This document shows positions 51,700 through 64,000 of a DNA stretch of 64,000 bases, piece after piece. A program made the translations under genes and the position numbers. Positions within the stretch are counted from its first letter, which is position 1; every line of letters starts with the position of its first letter. This stretch comes from Leucoraja erinacea (Eukaryota), in assembly GCF_028641065.1 (NCBI RefSeq), contig NC_073386.1, positions 17,236,001 through 17,300,000 on the forward strand, written 5' to 3'. The notes beneath the pieces were generated by a model. It ran no database searches, was not told where the DNA came from, and saw nothing but the letters and a program-made list of their open reading frames with translations.

Positions 51700-52560
51700 C
51701 AGGGCTCTCTGGACTACACTTCTAATCACCCTGTTTCCTGTAAGGACTCCATCCCCTACTCCCAATTCCTCCGTCTACGCCGCATCTGCACCCAGGATGA
51801 GGTGTTCCGAACCAGGGCATCGGAGATGACCTCATTCTTCAGGGAACGGAGAATCCGTTCCCCTTTTCTACCATAGATGAGGCTCTCATCAGGGTCTCTT
51901 CTATACCCCGTAACTCTGCTCTCACTCCCCATCCCCCCACGTAACGAGGGCAGAGTCCCCTTGTCCTCACCTTCCACTCTACCAGCCGTTACGTACAACA
52001 AATAATCTTCCGTCATTTTCACCACCTCCAACGTGACCCCACCACTTGCCACATCTTCCCATCTCCTCCCGTCTGCTTTCCGCAGAGACCGCTTCCTCCG
52101 TAACTCCCTGATCAAATTGCCCCTTCCCACCCAAACCACACCCTCTCCGGGCACTTTCCCTTGCAACCGCAAGAAATGCTACACTTGTCGCTTTGCCTCC
52201 CCCCTTGACACCATTCAAGGACCCAAACAGTCTTTCCAGGTGTGGCAGAGGTTCACCTGCACCTACTCCAACCTCATCTATTGCATCCGCTGCTCTAGAT
52301 GTCAGCTGTTGTACAACGGTGAGACCAAGCGTAGGCTTGGCGATCACTTCGCCGATCGCTTCCGCCCGGTTCGCAATAACCAACCTGATCTCCCGGTGGC
52401 TCAGCACTTCAACTTCCCCTCCCATTCCGAATCCGACCTTTCTGTCCTCGGCCTCCCCCCCCTTCCCCACATCAGACTTAAGAAGGGTTTCGGCCGAAAC
52501 GTTGCCTATTTCCTTCGCCCCATAGTTGCTGCCTCACCCGCTGGGTTTCTCCAGCATTTT
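51700..52560 (+). mobile_element. Penelope-like element fragment (RT thumb plus GIY-YIG endonuclease)
   Basis: LDYTSNHPVSCKDSIPYSQFLRLRRIC and CTYSNLIYCIRCSRCQLLYNGETKRRLGDHF...VAQHFN; frameshifted; in DPH2 intron 1. Confidence 0.85.
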
Positions 52561-54611
52561 GTCTCCCCGTGTTATCACCTCTTCCGCAACCAACAATGAA
52601 CCATTGTGGGCTCCACGTTTCGTGGGACATTGATGCTGGCCTTGTCTGTACCTTTTCATACTCTTAGTTTCCCTCTCCCCAGACTCGGTCTGAATAAGGG
52701 TCTTGACCGGAATCGTCACCTATTATTTTTCTCCAGAGATGCTGCCTGACCTGCTGAGTTACTCCAATATTTTGTCTGTCTCCCTTCTTCAGACTGATTG
52801 GCACGAAACGGCCACTCCAGATGCTGCTCGAGCTGCTGTAAATTGGAGACACAAGGAACTGGAGGTGCTGTTTTACAAAAAAAGAATAGATATGCTGGAG
52901 TGAGTCAGAGGGTCAGCAGTACCTCTGGAAGACATGTGTCTGACCCACTGAGTTACTTCAACCCTTTGACTTGTGCCTGACCCACTGAGTTAATTCAACC
53001 TTTTGAGTTACTCCAGTATATAATTTCTTGCTCCTGATTCCAGCATCTGTAGTCTTTTGTATTTCTTATAAATCAAGGATTGAACACTGAATCCACGCTT
53101 GGAGTTTGCCATGTGAATGTTTGCACCTGTGACATCCTCCAAGCTCGTACCAAGAACTAGTGGAAATATAAAATAGATATTGTTGCTATTTCCTTCGCTC
53201 CATAGATGCTGCCGCACCCGCTGAGTTTCTCCAGCAATTTTGTCTAGTGGAAATATAGTATTGTTGGTGTAATACTGTTGGTGTAAAACATCTGAAATTA
53301 AATAGAAAATGCTACATTACCCAGTGGAGTTAGCAGTAACGGTGGAGAGACAGACAAAGTTTACAAGTCAATGACATTTCAGTCCATGAAAAATTCTGGG
53401 GAAAAGCCATTGATGTGAAGTGTTAGGTGTGTTTCTCAGTTGCTGCCAGACAGGCTGAGTGTTTCTAACTTTTATGTTTTAATTTTTATATAGTGCTGTG
53501 ATACCCAACACAAGTATGTTTGTATTATGTTCTACTGTGCTTTCAACAACTCGGTATAAATTCAACCTCATCTTATGAGGCAAGATCTATAACAGAATTA
53601 CATTTTAAAATTTGCAGAAACTTAAACTTGCAGAAACAAGGAACTGTGGATGCTGGTTTAGCAAGGAAATACTGGAGTATCCCAGCGGATCAGGCAACAT
53701 CCCTGAAGAACATGGATGGGTGACGTTTCGGGATGTGACTGTCTGAAGAATGGTCTTGACCCAAAACATCATCTATCAATGTTATCCAGGGATGCTGCCT
53801 GACCTGCTAAGTTACTCCTATATTTTTTTGCCTTTTATATTATCTGTAAAGTAACCATTGCTACGTAGAAGGGGAGTTCCAGAATCAAATGCCTGACCTC
53901 ATTAGTAATGCGAATAGTTAACATGTTAGTAACTCTACCCAGTATCAATGGCTTGACACTATTAGTGCTGGGACTAATACATTGTTATAGACTGCAGTGG
54001 TACTTTTTCTCTACAACTCTGTCATGTTCTAATCATCTCCTTTACGTTTGCAATGAATTTACAGTTGGTGGGGCTGAAATATTTATTTATGATACCCTTA
54101 TCCAGCAAATCTCAGGTCAGAATTCTATGCTGCTCTACAAATATTTTAAAATATAAACTGGAGACAGCTAAGACAATGACAAATATTCCTAACATTGGTT
54201 TGCAATTAAATTATTTATTAGGAGAGAATAGGACCTGCAGATTCTGGAATCTTGAGCAGAACACAAGTGAAACTCAGGGGATCAGGCAGCATCTCTGGAG
54301 GGAATGGGAGGCTGTATTTCGGGTTGGGAGCCTTCTTCAGACAGTAGAAGGTACCCAACCTGAGTTAGTCCAGCGCTTTTATATCTTGTTGTTAAATAAG
54401 TTTATTAGTTTAATTAACTTAACTGTCTGATGTTCAGATTTCATTTTATTAGCAGGGAGGAACCATGAATGTTGCCACATACAAGCCAGATTAAGCTGCA
54501 GTTAGTCTGATGCAATGTTTCCTATTAAGTTAGAGGCCTACTTTGTAAATTAGAAATGAAAACCAGGATGAATTCTGGTGTGTTCTTTTTGCCTTTTGCA
54601 GTTGGAGCATC

Positions 54612-54767
54612 ATGACTACAACAATGTTTAGTGACGATGGTTCGAAGGCAATAGAGCGGTCCACCGATGTTTTTCAAACAGGCAGCAGAACCGCGGCCAG
54701 TGAGATAAATGAAGTGCATGAGATTGCGAGAACCTGCAACTTCATCAAAAAGCATGCCTTTAAAAGG
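54612..54767 (+). CDS. DPH2: DPH2 first coding exon (exon starts 54602)
   Basis: MTTTMFSDDGSKAIERSTDV...EINEVHEIARTCNFIKKHAFKR; acceptor ttttgcag| at 54601, donor AGG|gtttgt. Confidence 0.88.
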
Positions 54768-55020
54768 GTTTGTAACCATAAATAGTTTATTAGATCATTG
54801 AAAGTAGCTCGTAACACGCGCTTGTTGGAAGAATGTTTAATTCTTTCACATTTGTTGCAGTAGGAAGTTTAATTAGAGCTCGGGTCCAGCCTAAAGGAAG
54901 AAAATTTGAAATGCAGCCAACTCGCTTCAGAGGCCTTTTGCCACAAATAAATCTTAATTACATTGCAAGTTTGATGTAGTGCCTGGGAGCATCATCTGCA
55001 ATATTTTTCATTCCCAACAG

Positions 55021-55133
55021 GTGGCCCTTCAATTTCCTGATGAACTTCTCTTCGATGCTTCTGCCATTATATCCATATTGGAGAAAAACACCAGTGCCAA
55101 GCTTTTCGTATTGGGTGACACTTCATATGGCAG
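55021..55133 (+). CDS. DPH2: DPH2 exon
   Basis: VALQFPDELLFDASAIISILEKNTSAKLFVLGDTSYG(S); LQFPD and LGDTSYGSCCVD are diphthamide synthesis motifs; 113 nt. Confidence 0.96.
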
Positions 55134-56554
55134 GTTTGAGTTAATTTGATGCAACTTGTTTCTGAAGAAGATGAAGAATTGAATGGGTGAATGGACAGTC
55201 TTTTACCCAGTGTAGGGGAATTGAGAACCAGCGGGCATAGGCAAGAAGGGTGAGATTTAATAGAAAACTGAGGGGCATCCTTTTCACTCGGAGGATGGTG
55301 GGTATATGGAATGAGCCACCTGAGGAGGTAGTTGAGGCAGGGACCATAACAGCATGTAAAAGACACTTGGACAGATACATGGATAGGAAAGGTTTAGAGG
55401 GATATGTCAAACACAGGCAAATGGGACTAGTTTAGATGGGGCTTCTGGGTTGGCATGGACAAGTTGAGCTGGGCAGTATGACTCTGACTCAAAGACTAAT
55501 GTACAATCAATATAAATGCAGTGAGTATTTCAGCTGCTTTCGCCCTCGTACAGTAATACAGCGTGGAAACAGACCCATCAGCCCAATTGCCCATAACGAC
55601 CAACGTCCCACCTGCCTGCATTTAGCCCATATCCCTCTAAACCTATCCTATCCATGTGCCTGTCTAAATGTTTCTTAAACGTTGCGATAGTACCTCCCTC
55701 AACTACCTCCACCGGCAGATCGCTCCATACACCCACCGCCATTTGTGTGCAAAAGTTATTCCTTACGTTCCTATTAAATCTTTCTCCCATCGCCTTCGTG
55801 AATGGGAAATAGTGCCTGTCCTGTAGGCTCCACGTCAAGAATTATCAGGCCTTGGATTCAAATTTCCATTTCTTTTTTTAGGTAAATGAAAATGATTCCA
55901 TTGTATAAATTTGCACATGAGAGAGGAGGTTAAGGAGAAATAAGTGGGAGAATGGGCGCGAACATAGATTTGGTGGGTTAATTGGCCTCCTACATGTAAG
56001 GGAAAGTGAGAAATAATAGGAACGTCAATTAACTGTTTAGATAGGAATGACCCAAATGTATTGTCCTAAAGTAACTTCTCTTGGAATTAGATTCATGAGC
56101 AGTTCCGTATGGAATTATTCATCTTTAGCATAGTGATTTAAATCCATTCTGAAATGAGTAAGCAAGATTTTTACTAAACTGATGCTATTTAAAATTAAAA
56201 GAAATTGGTCCAGCTGGAAAATGTATAAACAATATTTGTCTAAACATATTAGACAAATATTGAAAATGACATTGTGACAGATTATTGCAGTACTTTCCAA
56301 GATGATGTTCTGTTGAAGGGTAGGCCATGTGTGACCTAAGTAATCCCATATATTCATTATATGTAACAGTCTTGTTGTTTGGGAGAAGTGGAGAACAGAA
56401 AAGAGGAACTTCCCAAAAGAAAAATGGATAAGAAGCAACAGATTTGAAGCTTTGAATTATCAATGAGTGGTGATAGCTTGAGAAGATCAATTATTCTTTG
56501 TGTATTTTTTTCGGATTTGCAGAATTATTTCAGTATTTATCTCTGTTTATGTAG

Positions 56555-56775
56555 CTGCTGTGTGGATGAAGTTGCTGCTGAACACCTTGATGCTGACAGT
56601 ATAATACATTACGGAAGAGCATGCCTCAGTCCTACCAGAAGGCTCCCAGTAATGTATGTGTTTGGACAAAAGTCTATTGATCTGCATCAATGTGCAGACT
56701 CTTTCCGAGTACTCTACCCAGACAAGTTTACACCCGTTATCATTCTGTGTGATGTCATCTACTCCCACGCACTTG
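56555..56775 (+). CDS. DPH2: DPH2 exon
   Basis: CCVDEVAAEHLDADSIIHYGRACLSPTRRLPVMYVFG...DVIYSHAL; 221 nt, AG/GT flanked. Confidence 0.96.
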
Positions 56776-57376
56776 GTAAGAGTTTGGTTATATTTACTCT
56801 TCCCTTGGCGTATCCTTTTTCTCCCAACTAGAAAGTTGGAAGTAGAGACTTTCTTACGATGAGGAGCTTGGAATCTTTTGGACTTAGGTTATGTCCTTTA
56901 AGTCTTTGGTGCTATCATCAATTAATATTTTTTTTCTTTTCTTAATGGACTCGAAAAGAATCAATAAATGAGACCACTCCTGTGTGGTTAAAATGTTTTT
57001 TAAGGCAATTCCTTTAACAGTAATTGTTTAAAAAAAAAAACCCCAAAAAGAGCACACTTTCCTCTACCCTTGTTACACAGATATTCTGGGATCCAAGTGT
57101 ATTTGATTGTCGATTTCAGCTGCAACATAATCAGTGTACCTTGATATATTTATACTGATTACTTCAAAGATTGCCCGATGCAGACTGGTTGTTCATATTA
57201 TCTTCATAATACATTAAAAATTTGGTATGATATAGCTGAATGGGAGTTGATTCTCAAAACGATACTTATAAAGTTGCGCATTAAATGAACGCATAAGTAA
57301 ACAATTTCTATCCCTTGCTTTTTGTAGCCATTCATTATGTGGGCTTGTCTAAGTAATTTGTTTGATCTTTTATTAG

Positions 57377-58093
57377 AAGACCTACAGCAGCTACTTCAAC
57401 CAGAATATGAAAACCTTGTTGTTTCGGCAGTTTGTTGTTCTAGAAATGAAACAACTGAACCCTGCAGTGTTGATGGCCTTCATGATGAAAGTGAAGTTGA
57501 TGTCCAGAAATCCTGTAACCGTGCAAGCGATGAGCCAAGCCTTCAAGTTATTAATAAGTTTGGCCGACAATTTACTCTTCATGATGCCAGGAGTGTGGAT
57601 GACTACAATATGTTCTACATTGGACAAGAGAGTCTAACGTTGACAAATTTTATGATGACTTGGAATCAGTGTTCATTCTGCACATTTGATCCAGTGAAAG
57701 GAGTTGGGAGGCATGAAGCTGTGAATATTAACAAGGCTTTAATGAAGCGATACTACATGATCGAAAGAGCCAAGGATGCTCAAGTTGTGGGAATTCTAGT
57801 TGGAACTCTAGGGGTTGCTGACTATCTCTCTACTATTGATCATCTTAAATGGATTATCAAACAGTCTGGCAAAAAGAGCTACACCTTTGTAATGGGTAAA
57901 TTGAATGTTGCCAAGTTGGCTAATTTCTTAGAGGTAGACATATATGTGCTGATAGCTTGTCCAGAAAACTCTCTGTTGGATTCCAGTGAATTTTATAGGC
58001 CAGTTATCACGCCATATGAGATGGAGGTTGCTTGCAATCAAGCAAGGAAATGGACTGGAGAGTACGTTACTGACTTCAGGGACCTCCTTCCAG
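57377..58093 (+). CDS. DPH2: DPH2 large exon
   Basis: ...KRYYMIERAKDAQVVGILVGTLGVADYL...GKLNVAKLANFLEVDIYVLIACPENSLLDSSEFYRPVITPYEME...DLLP; 717 nt, phase 1-1. Confidence 0.97.
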
Positions 58094-59406
58094 GTGCGTC
58101 TATAGTCACATATTCATGCTTCAATTAACCATAAGTTTATTCTGCATTTGGCTCAAATGATCACAGCCAACTAGAGTATTTCATGTGTATATCGAATATA
58201 AAATCTACTCCCTCCATTAAAAAATAACTAAAATGCAATTGCAGATTTCTTGAGTCTGCTGCTGTGCCGAAATTGATTAGGTTTCAGGTAAATGGAAATA
58301 AACATAGCTGTAATTCTCTTGGCTCTACCACATGGGAAATGATAGGGTACAACATGACCATATTTTAAACTGTGGGACCATACAAGACTGCCAGTAGTGG
58401 AAAACAAAAAATTGTAGCTGTGTTTTGTTTTCAATATAAAATGACCAAGTGTTATAAACATTCACACACATGTACCTCTCAGACTGTTTAGTGATACAGC
58501 GTGGAAACAGGCCCTTCGACCCTCCATCGACCAGCAATCCCCCTACACTCTAGGGACAAAATATACAAACTTTACTGAAGCCGACCCACACTCTTTACCC
58601 ATGTGAATATTGTACTGTGGGTTATTCCTCACAATGTGCCTAATTGTACAGCAGGGAACCCGACCCTTCAGCTTGCTGAGTCCACACTAACTATCAAGCA
58701 GCCATTTTACTATAATCACTTTTTCTTCTCCCCTCATTCCATGCATCTCTCCCTGAGATTCTGTACTCACCTACACACCAGAGGCATCTTACAGTGGTCA
58801 ATTAACCTACAAAAATCTTATTCTGAAGAAGGGTCCCAACCCATAATGTCACCTATCCATGAGTCTGAAGAAGGGTTCCGACCCGAAATGTCACCTATCC
58901 ACATTCTCCGGGGATGCTGCCTAACCCACTGAGTTACTTCACTGTTTTGTGTCTATTCAACCTACAAAACCGCAAGTCTTTGGAATATAGGAGAAAACAT
59001 TGTGGGGGAAACTCATGCAGTCATGGAATATGTGTAAACTCCACACTGACCGTACCAGATGTCAGGTTTGAACAGGGGTTATTGGAGCATTACCAGCTAC
59101 ACCACTGAGCCACTGTTCTTGGTTAAGGTAGTTATCAATTGCATATCCACAGCTAATCAGGATGAAATTGAAAACCGTTTACTGTGTGAGCAACCTCAAA
59201 GATTAAACGGGATGAAAGAACAGTTTATTACACCATTCAGCTCCTCGGGTGTGTTGCTAACCCTCCTCTCCTTGTTGTGATTTTTTTTTTCCCCTCTTCC
59301 CTAATCCAGACTGAAATAACCTCGTAAACAATACCGTAAGTATGTGCTAGGTTTTAATGGAACGATAACCGTTTTCATTAAGTGTCGGTGACATTCTGCT
59401 TCACAG

Positions 59407-59589
59407 GTGGTTGCTGTCATGTTCAACTTCCAGACGAGAACTTCAAAAGTGAAGAGACCGATGTCTCGCTAATAACTGGATGCCTTCGAGCAACCCAGCT
59501 GCAGAAATCTGAGGAGCAGAACAAAGCGTCCAACACAGCTTTGATCCCTCGGAATGATGCCCTCGCAGTTACTCAGTCGCACTCAGCTG
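59407..59589 (+). CDS. DPH2: DPH2 exon
   Basis: GGCCHVQLPDENFKSEETDVSLITGCLR...QSHSA; conserved DVSLITG; 183 nt. Confidence 0.93.
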
Positions 59590-60432
59590 GTAATAATAAT
59601 TATTAATATCATTAATAGTGAAGGGAGAAGGTTTTGTCTTTATTTATTTAATTTCTGCTCTCAAGGGTTTATATTTCAGATGGTAATTTGACCAAGGGGA
59701 AGGTAAGCCACTTGTTCTTAGTACAAGACAAGGAAAGACTGGGTATTCTTGACCCTTGGGATCACGCCGTCACCTGTCAACAATCAGCCTATCAGGGAAC
59801 CTCCTTGCCTGAGGTCATCTGTTGCCGGCCCCGATTTGTCCTGTTTGTTTTCTCTCCCTTTGTTTCTCTCTCTCCCCGTCCCAATTACTATGAGTCTAAA
59901 GAAGCGTCCTGACCGCAAATGTTCTCCAAAGATGCTGCCTGATCTTCTGAGTTACTCTCGCATTTTGGTATAAACTAGCACCTGCAGTGCCCTCTTACCC
60001 ACAGGAAGACTGGGTGTGGTGGGTCTTGTGGATTATCATCTGTATAAATGGGTAGAAGCATTTAATGTCCGTGCAACATGTGGAAATAATGGGCACAAAT
60101 TTATCATGTGAAATTCACAACCACGATAAATTAAAATTGGTAACTCCGGATCAAGGCTTTGATGGGAACTGGTGCTTTAACTGAAGGTTACCCAAAAATT
60201 TAGTGTTAGGATTTCTCTGCTCATCAGCTAATGGTATTGGAAGATGTCTGATAACTTAGATGATGAGATTGAACGATGTATCGAAAAGGTAGAAAATGTT
60301 CTTTCCATTTCCAATACGCCTTTAAAATTAACAAATTTGAGATTTTCCATGAACCTATAATTTATTCCTAGATTGTTTTCCTTTTCCTGTATTTCTACCG
60401 TCTAAAGGATTGGTATGAAAATTATTTTGCAG

Positions 60433-60557
60433 CCTCATTCTTAGCAACTCGGAGCTGGAGGGGATTGGAGCAAAACCTTGGGGAGACACCCGTGTCAAAA
60501 GCAGTGCAAGGACGGAAAGGGATTGCAATCGCCTATGAGGAAGAGGGCACAGGTTGA
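60433..60557 (+). CDS. DPH2: DPH2 last coding exon
   Basis: [44 protein letters not shown]; protein 504 aa in total; AATAAA 60620-60625. Confidence 0.96.
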
Positions 60558-63500
60558 AGCAATTGGAACCATGGACTTTGGCAAATGTGTGCACAAGTGA
60601 ACAGTAATCTAATTTAAGGAATAAAGAGACAAACGATGTTGGTCACATTTGAAAGCAAATCCATCTCTATAATATTTCCATGATTGTCTATGACTCTCCA
60701 GACATTGGAGTCTCTCAATACAAAATCATGATTAGTAATTCCCTGCTGTGAGCTATATCTAGCAACAACCCTTGAATACGAGAGGCTGTAACAAATTTGT
60801 TAATTTTGATTAAATCAAATTGAGCTCGAAAATATTCTCCGAGTACAAAGTTACATCATAAAATATTATTTTGTTTTATAAATCAACTAATCAAAAGATT
60901 CATTGAAGCTGAATAGAGAATTTACTGATATCAGACTAAATGCTATGAATTGGTTAGACCTGCTGGACTGTTTTGTGCAACATACTCTCAATAACATGGA
61001 AAAAAAATGTTCACTGAATGATTCAAGCTATAATGTACAGTCTTCATCAAATAACGAATGAAAAAATTGGACTCAATTTATAAGAAAGGGTTCATCTGTG
61101 GAGACTGAATGTTAGAACTCATGATTTCTGATATCTCTAAGTCACTTTCTCATCGACATCATTGTGATGTAGAGCAAACCACCAAGTGCTGGAGGAACTC
61201 AGTGGGTCAAACTGCTTCTGGGGAGGGAATGGACAGGCCACATTTTGGGTTGGGACTCGTCCTTGAACTAAAAAAGGGTCCCGACCTGTAACATTGCTCA
61301 TCCATTCCTTTCCCAGATGCTGCTGACCTAAGTTCCTCCTGCACTTAGTGTTTTGTTCAAGATTCCAGCATCTGAAGTCTCTTGTGTGTTTCCATCATTG
61401 TGATGTATTTAGTAATAAGGGCAGCTTGGACCTGTTTGGTGCATTCACTTTACGAGTTAAAAATTTTAACTCTGTAAGGATGCAATGATTTTTGAAAGAA
61501 ATCAAGGACGGGGAAGGATTTGGAAGCTATTCAAAGGGAATGCAACAAGATGGGGAGGGTGGGGGAGTTATGAACTGGAAGTTCATTAACTTAAATTAAT
61601 TGTAAATAATTTAAAAATAAGGGAAGCCAGTGAAAAATAAGATGGGATGACAGACGACATTGGTTTAATACGTTTGAATCTTCCACATTCTATACTCCTA
61701 AGTTTATAACAAAATTATATTGGAGAAAGGGGAGTCCAAAGACAATAGTCACTAGTGTTGATGGTGTAGATAAGTTGCAATGGTGGAGATGAGTGCAGGT
61801 TAATATGGGGCAGAGGATTGGATACAGTTAGTGCAGTCTGGGAATTTTCTCACTCATCAGTTTATGAGCAGCAATTTATTGGTTTAATCGTACGTATGGA
61901 GGAGCTAATGTTTTTAGTATCAAGTATTGCGCCTCACCAATGACAATGATAGCACAGAGATGATTGTGTGAAATCTTGTCAATATCAAAGCTGACTCCAT
62001 ATCAATGTATTTTGCAAATATCCTGAAGAGAATAGTTTTGAAATATTTGCTCCCCATCTTAACTGGAGCTATTTGTCACTAATGATGAATTATTGTTTGA
62101 CCCCGAGAGATGTTATAGATGTAATCAAATGGTAATTATGTTTTAATTTACAATACATACAATAATGACTGATTGTTTGGATGCTTTATGGTTTTCATTT
62201 TTTTAATTAAAAAAAAATTCAATTATATATTTCTAGCATGAAGTTGGTCATGCTGCAATATCCACTCCTGGCATCTGGCTTTTGTCACTTTTGTTTTTAG
62301 AATGTGTAAATAGGAGACAGCAAGCAGGTTCATGAGTTCCTAGGAGCCGAATTAGGCCATTTGGCCCATCAAGTCTTCTCTGTCATTCAATCATGGCTGA
62401 TCTATTTTTCCCTTTCAAACCCATTCTCCTGCCTTCCCTCTGTAACCTTTCACACTCTTACTAATCAAAACCTATCAATCTCTGCTTTAAAAATACCCAA
62501 TGACTTTGGCTTCACGGCTGTTAATGAATTCCACGGATTATCCCACCCTCTGGTTGATGAAATTCCTCATCTCCATTCCAAAGGTACGTTCTTTTTATTC
62601 TGAGGCTGTTCCCTCTGGTCCTAGACTCTCCCATATACTGGAAACATTTGTTATAAATACTTATAAATCTACCCTGAGGGTTTAATGTTAATTCTTAACA
62701 GAAAACTAACAGTGGATTGTGAATGGAGATGAATGTGGAGTAAATCATTCCACTTTATCACCCGACAGAATAAATTTACAAATGGAACTCCATTAATCCA
62801 GCACACTTGGGATTTTGCGAGAACGGGATTAATGGATTTTCCAGATTGTTTTATGTTCTAATTAATACTCAAACATATTTTTAATTTGATCTTAATATGC
62901 TACACAGTGGAATAGTAAATGTTCCAGGGTTCAGAGATAAAGCCGGAAACAGGCCTTCGGCCCACCGATTCCACAATCCCCATACACTACCACTTTCCTA
63001 CACCCTAGGGACAATTTACAATTCTTACTGAAGCCAATTAACCTACAAACCTGTATGTCTGTGAAATGTGGGAGGAAACCGGAGCTCCTGGAGCAACCCC
63101 ACGAGATCACGGGGAGAATGTACAAACTCTGTACAGACAGCACCCGCGGTCAGGATCAAACCCGGGTCATTTGCGATGTAAGGCAGCTAATCTACCGTGC
63201 CGACCATCAGAGAACCCAATATGTTTTAAGGGAGAGCAGGAAACAGCCACAGTGAGTTTAAATAGAATGCAGAAAACAAAATAGGATGGGTTTTAAGTGA
63301 CCACAGGAACAGGAATTCCTTGCCGGATTAAAACAAGCACAGGCACTAGGGCCCCAGTCAGTGTGGGATCTTAAACCCTGGTCGATCATGCGCAAGAATA
63401 TATTAGAGGAGCACAGGAGCCAAGGAATGGCTGGGAACCCGTGCTCCAGTATATAAAAGGGAATGCTAGAGCCCCAGTATGTTGTGGTTATCGAGATGCC

Positions 63501-64000
63501 AAACAATTCAATTACCGAGTGATTGATAGCGGATAATCAGTGTTACAACTTATTGATCTAACACCTCTCTTGTGAGGAGTCCAGTTTTGCTCTGTTTGGC
63601 AGCATTGTCTGAGTGATATATATTTGCAATAGAAATGCATTTATCGGTACCTGATGCTCTGCTGTTGTGAAATGGATAGAGAAGCAACCATAAAGAGCAT
63701 CAAAAGTCAATTTTAATAATTTGCTGCAAGAACATCTGAAATACCGTTAATAATTTCCTCACTCAACCGTGGTGAAATTAAATCTAGACTAGGCAGCTGG
63801 TGTGCAGACTGCATGCACTCTGCTCATAACGGACGGAATAACAATTGGATGAACAACATCTCATATTCTGCTTGGATAGCTTCCAACCCAATGGTATGAA
63901 TATTGATCTGTCCATTTTCAGATAACCCACACTATCTTCCACACACAGGTAGTGTCCACCTAGTTTTCATCTCCCTTTTTTCATCTCTGTCTTCCCCTCC

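Noticed and set aside
60555-60557. DPH2 terminal TGA as Sec
   Set aside because: It falls at the conserved DPH2 C-terminus (AYEEEGTG) and is followed by AATAAA; an ordinary stop.
63270-63550. Possible solo LTR or promoter with TATATAAAA at 63450
   Set aside because: No second LTR, clear boundaries, TSD or downstream gene could be identified in the window.

Overview
Vertebrate genomic DNA, most likely a cartilaginous fish such as a skate or ray (inferred from the repeat families). Four spliced protein-coding genes were reconstructed by hand from GT-AG boundaries and reading-frame phase. (1) USP24, minus strand, exons 1-10 (31556 down to 786), continuing off the left edge. (2) A single-Sec selenoprotein P paralogue (SELENOP2/SelPb), plus strand, 38702-41683: in-frame TGA at 38876-38878 in a UxxC motif, a hairpin just after the UGA, and a type-2 SECIS at about 42374-42446. 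(3) A TEX38-like gene, minus strand, whose start codon lies in a 4-nt coding end of an upstream exon (49161-49158 plus 47733-47126). (4) DPH2, plus strand, 54612-60557, head-to-head with TEX38 across a CCAAT-rich promoter. The rest is repeat-rich: CR1 LINEs, tRNA-derived SINEs, Penelope-like fragments, a short Penelope-related family with hammerhead-like cores and 13-15 bp TSDs, and Tc1-like and hAT-like DNA elements. There is one assembly gap (35975-36102). Gene names come from recalled homologue sequences; no database search or folding program was run.
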